Below, piece by piece: positions 22,101 through 32,612 of a DNA stretch of 64,000 nt; position 1 is the stretch's first letter, and the number at the start of each line of letters is the position of its first letter. Position numbers and translations under genes: made by a program. The DNA lies in contig OU015566.1 of the NCBI GenBank assembly GCA_907165135.1, positions 5,952,001-6,016,000 on the forward strand. The letters run 5' to 3'. Below the pieces are notes generated by a model. It was not told the origin of the DNA and did no database searches. It worked only from the letters and a program-made list of their open reading frames with translations. Origin of the DNA: Oikopleura dioica. Lineage: Eukaryota; Animalia; Chordata.

Positions 22101-25100
22101 CTATGCTCCGACAATGAGATTGCCTGCCCAAATTTTTTCTCCGCACCGACTAACCTGAAATTCATCTACGTCAATATCGCCGGCTTCAATTATGTGTCAC
22201 TATGCGATACTGGAGCCTCCAGAACTTGTGTAAATTCTGCACTACCATTCGTCAAAAATGTGATCCCTTCAAAACTGGAACTCATGGTCGCAAACAACCA
22301 GTATATCCAGACCTCAATGCTACAAACTCCAATCACAATGATCATTCCCACATCATCGCCGACTAAATTCGAGGTCAAAGTGAACCCTTTGGTGGTGGAC
22401 TCACTTTGTGTTCCTATTATTCTCGGATGTGACATCTTGAAAAACGTCGCATTTCCAAATGATGATTTTATCCTGTGGAATGACTTGAAAATCAAAACAA
22501 TCCGTCCTGATCTTCATCCAACCAAATGTAATGTAAATGCTATAATTGAACTCAAAAACGATAAAAACGAAGAAAAAAATCTACAAAACTTTCAAAAACT
22601 GCGTGGTCAAAAAGCAGAAGAGCTCAATTTCAAACCTGAAATTGGATCTTTTGGTGACATCAATGCGCAACAAAAAGAAAAACTGCAAAACCTTGTAAAT
22701 ATCTACCGATTGGCTTTCACAATGAATGTCGACAATGACCTTGGAAAGCTCCACTTTTACCGCTTCACTCTACCACTTTTGGATGAAACCACCACAACTC
22801 ATCAACCACCAAGAGCTATACCAATCCACATGAGAGCTCAAGTCAATGAACAGATCTCCCACTGGAAAAACCTCGGAATCATAAGAGAAACTTCATCTGG
22901 ATTTAATATACCACTCATTATTTTGCGAAAACAAAATGGCTCTATAAGAATATCCTTGGATGCAAGAGGACTGAACCGCCTTCTACAACAAGATAAATTT
23001 CCCCTCCCACATTTATCTGTTGTACTTACAGAAATTGGAAACCGACTCTCAAATGGTAAATCCTGTTTTATCAGCCAATTGGATGCGAGCAAAGCGTACT
23101 GGCAAATTCAAACGCTCTCAACTGACTGTAAGAAAATGGCGTTCAGCTATGATAACGTTCACTACGAGCCGACCCGACTACTGTATGGAGTGAGTACAGC
23201 ACCATCTGCATACAGCCGAATTATGCGCAAGATAATGGATCACCCATCAGTACTACAGTACTTGGATGACTTAATTGTGATTGATAACTCATTCGAAAGT
23301 CATATGAAATCGCTGGAATTCATATTTAAACAATGTGTTACCCATGGATTACTATTGTCAGCGAAAAAATGTTTTTTCTGCAAAAGTGAAACCGACTTTC
23401 TTGGATTCTCAATAAGTAAATCTGGTATTTGCCCCACATCGAAACACTTGGAATGTATTCAATCCCTCAACCCGCCAACTGACAAAAGCGAAGTTAAAAG
23501 ACTTATTGGTGTTTTCAACTACAACCTCAAGTTTGTCAAAGACGGGAATGCGATTCTACAACCTCTCTACGATCTTACCGCGAAGAATGCCGAATTCAAA
23601 TGGGGTGATAAAGAAGAGCAAGCATTTCAGCGAATCAAGTCAGAATTACTGAAGAAACCGACTTTGAGCCACTTCCAGCTTGGAAAACCACTCATCCTTG
23701 TTACTGACAGTAGTGGAAAAAAAGTTGGTGGAATCCTCTATCAGAATGTTGATAATGAAATGAACATTCTTGGGTATTTTTCTCGCTGCCTAAAAGGACC
23801 TGACTTGAAGCGAAGTATGCGCCATAAAGAACTACTGGCATTAGCTTACTCAATCTCTCATTTTGAGTACTACCTATTGAATGTGAAGTTTCAATGCGTC
23901 GTCGACCATCGAAGTCTTCTTTTCCTCTTTAAGGAACAACGTGATTACAAGAATAACGACATCAAACTCACGAATGTCCATAACTACTTGACCAAGTTCG
24001 ACTTCGAGATTCTTCACGAGCCTGGAAATAGCCCGATCATGTGCACTCCTGACTATCTGAGTAGGCTGAGCTCCCATTCAAGCGCTGATCTTGAACAAGA
24101 TTCGATGTCATTTCAAGATATACCAGAAACCGTTTTCTCATTCCACACTCGACTTTCATCAACCAAAGAAATCGTGTTTTCTTTCGATGACCGAAGATTT
24201 ACAAAAGATGATCTGATAGACCTCCAATCAAAATGCTCCAAGACACGAAACTTGATAGAAAAATCCTTGAAAAATCCGAAATCGAAGTTCAAAATGCATA
24301 ATGGATTACTGCATAGAGAAGATCGCCTTGCACTTCCAGACGACCTGAGTCTCGAATTTATCAGTTTTCTTCATGTAGTTTCATGTCACGCTGGATCAAA
24401 ACAACTCAATGAAATGGCAAGAAAGTTCTACATTCACGATCTTCAAAGTAAAACCCGAGAAGTAACCACGAGGTGCACAACATGTATTCATGTAAAACCA
24501 TACAGTAAACTACGACCATCGATGATCAGAAACCGACATTTCGAATCAGTCCCTTTCACCCAAACATTCTTCGACTTGATGGATTTCGGAGATAAAGATA
24601 AAAACGGAAAAAGATATCTGCTAACCTGCTGCGACTCTTTAACGTCTTTTATCGATGGTGAACCTTTGGGAACGAAATCTGATACAGTGGTTGCCAAAGG
24701 AATACTAACACTCATCTTGCGCCATGGGATCTCAAATGATGTCTATTGTGACAATGGCCAAGAATTTGGAGTTGAAACAAAAGCAGTATTCAAGAAGTTC
24801 GAGCTTCGCCTATCAAGAACTACTGCTTACCGAAGTCAATCAAATGGAAAACTTGAAAGATGGCATAGAGAAGTTAATTCCAAATTGAAGCTTATGAATG
24901 CCGACCACCGAAACTGGTCATCCGCCTGGAATTATGTGCGGTACTACCTTAATAACCTACCAAGAACAGTTCTTGATGGAAGAAGTGCTAACGAGTGCTA
25001 CTATGGCAGAAGCTTCCATGTTCCCTTCTGTTCGAAAACTGGTCCAGAATTAAAACCCAATGCCAAGTGGCTAAATGATCTTGAGTCACACATGGAAAAG

Positions 25101-25530
25101 CTCCACACTAGTCTTGTCTCACTACAAGTCGCCAGATACCAAAAACTGCTGGCGAGAGATAAAAATGATTGTCCTGTTCTAGAGATTGGCAGAAAAGTCC
25201 TCATCTGGAAACCTGCTCTCAGAAAACTGAACCGCGTATGGTACGGTCCGTTTGTTATCCACAAAAGGATCAGTAAAGACAGTTACATCGTCAAAGATAT
25301 TCTAACAAAAAAGAGAATATAGACGCAATATCCAGCTTATACGCCCTCTGAAATACGATTTGTCTTCACCTGCCGAAGAAAATGAACAAAAATGTGCTCC
25401 GGAAATGAGAGACATAAAAGAAGATACAGTAACACATGACGTTACTGACTTAAATGATGTCTGCCCTGGAGATGATGCTAAAAATGAGAATTGGTCGAAC
25501 CGCCTCCGACCAAGAAAGCTCCAAAAATAA
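22101..25530 (+). CDS. pol: Pol polyprotein (protease, RT, RNase H, integrase), in frame with gag behind a UGA; apparent +1 slip in the A6 run at 25307-25312
   Basis: Motifs LCDTGAS, YLDD, VTDSS/KELLA/VVDHRSL, HHCC and D-D-E (FDLMD, CDNG, LERWH). The frame is open from 22101. The natural C-terminus EYRRNIQLIRPLK...NRLRPRKLQK* lies in the +1 frame and ends at 25530. Confidence 0.93.
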
Positions 25531-26176
25531 GAAGGAGAGGATGGCCTCATGCCCTTACTACTGTGATCACCTGCAAACGAAGTCCAATTGGTATACCGAC
25601 TCAAATAGCACCCTTGCGATTGCTCAACCGGAGAAGGGACCTCCAACATCAAACCTCGCATTGTATCCAACCGTAGCTGACTACCGTGCTGATAGTTTAT
25701 TGGCCATATTTTTCGTTCAAATTAACTTTCTGTGATGCTTAAATCTACCGCGCGCAAAATTTCCAGATTGAAGCCGCTCCAGTTTGAAAATTTCTACTAA
25801 AATATGAAGACAAAAAAAAGAAGCAACCGCTCTTGTTTGCAGCTTTTATGAAAAAAAAAAATGAAATATGATGAATCCACAAGCTACACCGTGCAAAGAA
25901 AATTTATGAAGAAATTACGAGGCACATTGAAAAAAAAAAGACTTGCTTATTGACTGCAAGTATTGTGATCCTTAATGATAATTTTGAGCTTATCAAATCT
26001 ACCGAAAGAAGAAAATGGTCCAAACGAGAAAAGTGAGAAAATGCAGCAAACACATTGTCACGTGATGCGCGATCCCACACCTGCAAGAGCGCGCGTTCGC
26101 AGATCAAACACAAAAATCACCTGCAAAACTCCGGAAATCACTTTCTCATTTCTCAGAAAATTGTTCAAAAGCAGAG

Positions 26177-26947
26177 ATGGAGAAACCAAAACGAGATCAA
26201 ATTGTAGAATATATTCCTTTTTTACAAGAATTTGACCCAAAACGAAGATTTGTTCAATTATCACTCTCTTTTATTCTTGGATATACAGTCGACCTGAACA
26301 ATCTACGAAGTGAGCCACAAACCCGTATCTTTAGAAGATTTCTCGAAGTCGTCAAGAATACTATTGAGGAGATACAAGGAACCTACGACTACCAACCTGA
26401 TCTTCAAATACGAAGAGAGCAGCCGATTCAGTCTCTTCTCACGTTTTCATACAGAGCGCTACTTCTTCGCTTTTCGAGGATCAAAAATGAGGAAGCACAA
26501 ACGAGAATAAAGGAATCCTTTGAAGCGCAGTTTCTTGGAAAAAGATCCCTCTGGAAAGATTTATCAAAAATAAATGCTACCGACCTATCAACCCTGATTG
26601 AAAACGCAAAAATAATCTTTGTAAAACATCTCGAAGATTTGGGACTAAGAAATACCAATCTGCGCGTCGTTGAACAACAACTGCCCATGGACGACGAATT
26701 GACAGCAACAACTCTTCTAGAACCTACTATTCAACAACCTTCTTTCCAACAACCTTATCCATCTCCTTCTGAACACGAGATTAACGAAAACCACGAAGAT
26801 GCACAAAATAGAATCTTCAACGAAGTCATCAACGACACAGCTGAATCAACTTTACCTGATTCTGATTCTCCTCCTGGCTACTCCGAGAGCGAAACTTCAA
26901 TTGCTGCAAGGACTCTTGAAGAAAGACTGAATCAAGACTTCTTTTAA
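26177..26947 (+). CDS. Retrotransposon third ORF (256 aa), unknown function, not Env-like
   Basis: Intact ATG ORF between pol and the 3' LTR, with its stop abutting the PPT. No signal peptide, TM segment or cysteines. Helical N-terminus and acidic P/S/E-rich tail. Confidence 0.8.
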   Translation: MEKPKRDQIVEYIPFLQEFDPKRRFVQLSLSFILGYTVDLNNLRSEPQTRIFRRFLEVVKNTIEEIQGTYDYQPDLQIRREQPIQSLLTFSYRALLLRFSRIKNEEAQTRIKESFEAQFLGKRSLWKDLSKINATDLSTLIENAKIIFVKHLEDLGLRNTNLRVVEQQLPMDDELTATTLLEPTIQQPSFQQPYPSPSEHEINENHEDAQNRIFNEVINDTAESTLPDSDSPPGYSESETSIAARTLEERLNQDFF

Positions 26948-26959
26948 GGAGGGTGGATG

Positions 26960-27443
26960 TGTACGGGATTTGCTTGCGCAACATCCAAATTATTTACTAT
27001 CAGTCTTGATTCACGTGATTTAAAGTGCTGAGCTTAAACTAATTTCATCCGCGTGAAAATCCACCCGCGCGCGCGGCGCTTCAGCCGCGCGAACGAAATT
27101 TCATCCGTTCAAACAGAACTCGAGCCGCGCCAGCACACAAAACTTATTCCAAACGATTTATCATCTCATCGACGCGAAATAACTTTCATTCCTGTGAACC
27201 AACTTTCATTCCTGTGAATTAACTTTCATTTCTGTGAACAAACATTCTACCCAAATGAAACTGTGTTCTATTCGCGTGAATAAAGTTCCATTCACGCGAA
27301 CCAAAATACTATATAAAGAACTCTGCTTCTCCACTCAGACACTCATACACTCAACTCTACTTCCACTCGACACAACTTTGATTTTTCAATAAACCATGCT
27401 CATCCAAAACTTATTGTAGTTTTTACGCAGCAAAACCCCTACA
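26960..27443 (+). repeat. 3' LTR
   Basis: Direct repeat of 20059-20542, preceded by the polypurine tract and followed by TSD AGCT. Confidence 0.97.
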
Positions 27444-29095
27444 AGCTGACTGAGCGGATTGAAGTTCCGTCGACTTGTATATCGGCATTAAGCTGTGAAG
27501 GCATTTGGGTATCTTGACGAACTTCGATGGAAAATGTATGCCATTCTCCCGGAGTGCAAGCGAAGCCAGTTACGTCTGAGTGATCAGGCTGGCCGTTTGG
27601 AGAAATGTGATCGCCATTGGGATTGTTTGTGTGAATATTGATGACATGCGCGTCAACCGACCTCCAAAGTGCAAATGTTCGACTTCCGGGAGTGAACTCG
27701 TTGTTTCCATCAGTCACGTGAAGCACGTTTCTCCAATAGTCGTTTGTATAAGAAGGAGCACCGCAGAAAACATCAGCGGAGACTCTGTAGTTCAGAGAAG
27801 CAGGAGCAATCATCCGAAGATTGTTTCTCACTGGATCGATTTCACATGCATCAACAATGATGCTGCAGTCGTCCAATCCATCGCACGGATCGTAACCGCA
27901 TTTATCCGCGCAGGCGTTGGTCATCGTTTCGTATTCGGGATTTTTCCAGAAAGGAAACGAGTCTCTGTTGCAGTAGAGCTTGCCCATGGTCTCCCCAATC
28001 GCAGACGACGTCGAAAGTCGCTCTTGCAGGCGTTAGTTCGGTGTTCAACGAAAGGCTCCCGTTTGGAATAGTGACTCCGGCGGCAGTGGCCATGCACGGG
28101 TGCTCTGGAATCGGCGTACAGGCGAGCTGGATTCCGGACGGGAGATTTCTGATTTAAATAAGCGCGGGTAAAAGAGAAAGAAAGGTACCTTTTGGCGATA
28201 TTCGCCGGATTGCCGCAGCGAGTCATGAATCGTGGATGATCCTTCTTCGGCTTCGAAATCGACCCATCAGTCCAGTTAGGTTTGTAACCAGGAAGGCATG
28301 TGGGATCGCAGACGACTCTTGGCCTTGTCAGACCGAGATTTGGGCAGTTCCAAGCTCCATTTTCGATCACAAACAAGGCCTTTGTCTCTTCAGTCTTGGC
28401 ATCGCAAGTCACTTGCCGTTCAGTTTTCTCTGTTGCCGAAAGGTGTTTCCATTTCTGGTAGTATCCCCCTGAAACCTTGCTGGCCAAAACGAATTGGATC
28501 AGCTTCATTATTTTGCTCTTATTTTTGACTTGAGGAAAGTAAGTCAGATTTGGAACTGAGAGACGGGTAATTTCGGTTTCTTTTTATACGCCTCTAGGTT
28601 GTATTGAGCAATCACAAATTATTTTGGTACTAGGGAAAGTGGTATTTAGAGCATAATCGGAGAGACCTCTTTGTCGAGACCTGCAAAGCATATTCGGACC
28701 ATCAACATCACCAAAGTATATTTCGAGTAGCAACAGACTTAATTGAACTACACAGTTCCTTTCTCGGCACAAAGTTTTTACGGCGGCTTTGGATATTTTG
28801 GTTACAAACTTGATGGAATGAGAACCAAGAGTCCTTACGAAATTGATATTTCAACATTTTATTTTCGCGAAATCAAAAAAATTTCTGACGAATTTTATCT
28901 CTAAAAATTATTTGAGATAAAAAATTCAATTGCATTAATCTGGTGAAGATGCTAGGTCAAATATGATTTTTCTTTGACTCTTGCATGCTTGAATTTGTTT
29001 TTCTTTTTATTAAATATTCACAAGAGGAAAGTGTATTTTTGAAGGGATAGGCATTAGGTAATAAACATGGCATAACTAGTAGTGTCTCGAGTTTC

Positions 29096-30821
29096 TTATT
29101 TTTCGGTAGTTGAGTGCATTTCTGGGGGCTCGCTGGACACGCCGTTTAGGGTTTCTTTCATCTTTCGGTAGCGCTGGAAGAACTTTTCGACGGGTTCTGA
29201 CATGTTTTACGACAACGGGTTAATTTCACGGAAAAAAAGAGAGGTCGATTAGTGTCAAAAAATGTCGGAACCCGATTGGCAAATCGCGCGCAAAAGCGTA
29301 CAGCTCCGCGTCAAGATGATTTAGACGCGCAATTTCGTCGATGAGTTTTTGAGGTATGTCTTGAATAGCAGCTGAGGAGTGCGTGTCGTCCCACTTTTCG
29401 AATTCGATGTCGAAGCGCAAAGGCTGGAAGGCGTATTCGAAGAGTTCTTTTGAAGCGAGTTGGAACTCGATTAACCCGAACCAGCGCATTTTCACGAGGT
29501 TTTTCTTGGCTGATTCAAGCATCTTCCTGAAAAAAGGGTTCAAATAGAGACATTTCAGAGTTTCTTTAACCGTTCGATGTTTTCGGGAATGTGGGTCAAA
29601 TCTCCAAGATGCTTGTAGCAGTCGATTTCGTTCAAATCGGCGATCATGCGCGTTTGTCTGTTGAACGCGAGATTGTGATTGCAGGCAGTGAAGTCGGCCA
29701 AAGTGACGTTCGTCCAGTCCGGCCCGTCAAAACATTGAGTCGTCAGGTTAGTGTGCTGCTCGCCGCCACAGGTTAGCGTCGAGCCGGACCTTGGAGGGGT
29801 TAATTTTGGAGGAAAAAGATTGTTCTTACCAAGTCGCGCCCCTTTGGACATGTTTCCACTCAGAAATAAACCTCATCGTTGCGTTTCTCAGGTTGGTTAT
29901 GTACAGTAAGTTTCGATCCTTCTTTCCCGCAATTTCATCCAACTTCTCATCTACGCAACCCTGTAACTCCGTCCAATCCGCGTGCAGCCCACAGAGCCAG
30001 CCAGTCGAGTACCGACTGAAAAGCTAAACAAACCAATTTAACCCCTCTATGTTGTTTTAGGGTTATCCTACCCAAGTGTGCGGGACATTCATTTGCTTTG
30101 GTTCAGGAGTCCTTGGGGCATTAGCGAGCGGGCGCAGACACTGCCAGCGCTTTGTTTCGGGCACTTTTATGCATTTATGGTGCTCTTGAAAGGGAAAAAA
30201 TTAATTGAAGGCCAATAATTATTGAACTAACTTTTCGCTAAGTAAGTGACCTAGAAAAATGAACTCTTTCTTGATTTCAATATATATTTGTAAATTTTCT
30301 GAAAACGCCTTTTCTACATAAAAATCAATTTTATATCTCTAATAAAAATCGAAAACGAACCAAGATAACTATTTTTATTTTATGGAAAGCTGATTTTGGT
30401 CGATTCCGGCTATCAAAGAACAATAAAATTACGTAAAGATATTTTGATTCTTACCAATGTGATTTACAAGGCGAGTGCCGAGCGTCGTCCCACCCGTTTT
30501 TTGAATGTGAAGAAAGACCATTGTATCGGTGCCGTTTGAATCGAAGGTATTTACAGAATGGACGCCGTCGATGATTTCGTCTTCATCTCTGTACAGTAGC
30601 TCGTAGTCGACATCTGTGTCTGGGGTCATTTTCGGTCAAAGAGAAAAGAAAAATTCAATCAAAAATGAACCAGTTACTGAATCGACAAGGAAAGAAGGCT
30701 TGAAGGAAAAGTTGAGGACTGATTTCGGGATGACAATTTTCTCATCAATGAAGATCTCGTAGGAGAAAAAAACCGCTCCGATCAGGAGAAAGATGCCTAC
30801 TCCTTGCAAATTTCTTGTCAT
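29096..30821 (-). CDS. HS6ST: Heparan-sulfate 6-O-sulfotransferase
   Basis: Type II TM N-terminus followed by VFLHIQKTGGTT (PAPS-binding), FSRYSTGWLCGLHADWTEL, RFISEWKHVQRGATW, NLAFNRQTRMIADL and LESAKKNL..M.WFGL.EFQ across short introns. Confidence 0.93.
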
Positions 30822-31258
30822 ACATCTAACTCGGCGACTCCAGTATCTCTGAAAAAGATTTATGAGTCAAATGGATTTGAAAAGTTTGATTTTGAAATTT
30901 CAAAAATTGAATTTTCAATTTTTGGCAGCAATTTTTTGGATTTCTTAAAAATAGAAATTAAGGGTGCAAGATGGGTACGATTTAGCAACAATGAAACGGG
31001 GGCCCTCTGGTAATACTTTCATAAATGATATATTCAGAATAATATTCCAAGCAGTAACTACGTGAACTCATTTTCTGTAACATTTTATAAATTGCATTAT
31101 TTTCAAAATATATTTCATGATCATATTTTCATCATTTTTCACTTATTACATTTGTCTATTATTCTCAACATCAAAGCTAATAACTGTAAACAGAAGTCAG
31201 TAGTTGTAAGGTCAGTATTTTCTTTTAAATACCATATTTTTTGCTCTTCGCTTTCTCG

Positions 31259-32015
31259 TCAATTCTCTTCATTGATCCACTTTTTTAGCGCCCTGCTCCA
31301 GCTTTGCACTTCTTCGGGCTGAAACCATAAGCCAATCTCTCTCTCCGCGTTGGCAGGTGAGTCGGAAGCGTGTACTAAATTACGGCCGACTTGGGTAGCC
31401 AGATCGCCGCGGATCGTCCCGGGCGCTGCTTTTGACGGGTCTGTGGCGCCCAACAGCGACCTTGAACTTAACACGAACGTTACAAAAATTAAACCAGGGC
31501 CTAACAAAAGGGTGTCATATCGGGTAAGCTATCATAAATAAAATTAAGGGGTCAATGATTACAACTGATTTACATTCGTCGGTTAACAAAAGAAAGACAT
31601 TACTTTCTTCCTTGATTTCAAAAGACAAACCTGGAAATAATGTTCTTTCCTTCCCAAACAGAAGCCAAAACAGGACCAGAAGTCATGTAATTCACCAATC
31701 CCTCGTAAAACGGCCTGCCCAGATGCTCCTCGTAATGCTTCTCTACCAACTGTCTCGAAGGTTGAACAAACTTGAGCCCAAGAAGGTGAAATCCCTTTCG
31801 TTCGAATCGATTTATTATGTCGCCGACCAGCCCGCGCTAATCAAATAAATGAGTTTCAAGTGACAAAAAGGGGTTGTTTCAGGATCAGAAGGAATTTATA
31901 CCTGTATTGCATCAGGCTTGAGCGCTATAAAAGTCCTTTCCACGCAAGAATCGCCAGGTGCGGAACAGGTTTGTCCATTTATAATCGTGAGGAGTAAAGT
32001 TCCAAGAATGAGCAT
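31259..32015 (-). CDS. NME: Nucleoside diphosphate kinase (NME group I-like) with hydrophobic signal-like N-terminal extension
   Basis: Three exons encode [13 protein letters not shown]|[16 protein letters not shown]...MTSGPV...WEG|...[14 protein letters not shown]....[10 protein letters not shown] (catalytic His). Confidence 0.93.
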
Positions 32016-32612
32016 CAAGAAATTTCTAAAATATAAGAATGAGGAGGTGTTTAGCCTTTATTTTCTTGTTTTTTTCTCTGGAAGATAAGATAAGGTACAG
32101 GTCAGCTTTTTTCGTAAGCACACAGTTTTTTGTTTGTAACACAATGATTAAGTAGATCAGTGGAACGAGATTTGAAATTCGTTTTGCTTAGATAAGAAGG
32201 GGTAGGTTTTTTTAAGTTTCGGGGGTTGAACTAATTCGAGAATAAAAAGCGTACAAGTGGGAGATTTTTGAAATAAGGGGACAAAGATGACTGGGAAAAC
32301 GGTTTTTTATAAAGCGAGATAAGCTGGTTCACAATAAGAGAGAAAGAGAGACAGAAATATTGAAAAAGGAACAAGCAGTGTTGAAAAAGTAAAGCGCGAA
32401 AATTGGAAGCAAAAATATACAACCGTGTAATTCAATTTTGGAAAGATGCGCTAGTACTTGACTTATTTCTGTTTGCGATTTTGGTTGATAAAGGAACTTT
32501 CAAAGAGCGATATTTTTGATGATCATTGATGGGATAGATCATTGATCAAGGAATGATAGAGGAGAGTCTTTCGTATAAAATAGAGACTAGCAAGGCCTGG
32601 AGTTGGAGTTGC

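Larger units (their letters stand above)
20059..27443 (+). mobile_element. Full-length Ty3/Gypsy LTR retrotransposon (Tor-like), 7385 bp
   Basis: Two 484-bp TGTA...TACA LTRs, 4-bp TSD AGCT (20055-20058 and 27444-27447), PBS-like TGGTGAC at 20546, PPT aaggagggtggatg at 26946-26959, gag, and pol in PR-RT-RH-IN order. Confidence 0.97.
19378..28508 (-). pseudogene. Secreted protein gene (2 CCP/sushi-like + 2 ConA/LamG-like repeats) disrupted by the LTR retrotransposon
   Basis: ORF 27439-27987 ends DGTSIRSVS at the LTR. Removing the element and one TSD continues in frame as YPKSGGKSDGNLQFFLADDW into ORF 19378-19971, matching the second repeat (DGNSIRTGSYPASGGKSTGDLQFFVSDDW). ATG at 28508, GT-AG intron ~28149-28188, and an extra base near 27997. 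Confidence 0.85.

Noticed and set aside
25300-25325. Programmed frameshift or true truncation at the end of integrase
   Set aside because: It is a single extra A in an A6 homopolymer of an element with apparently identical LTRs. A similar homopolymer indel occurs at 56705-56710, so assembly error or a private mutation is more likely. Raw reads are needed.
26177-26947. env gene
   Set aside because: No signal peptide, TM anchor or cysteines.
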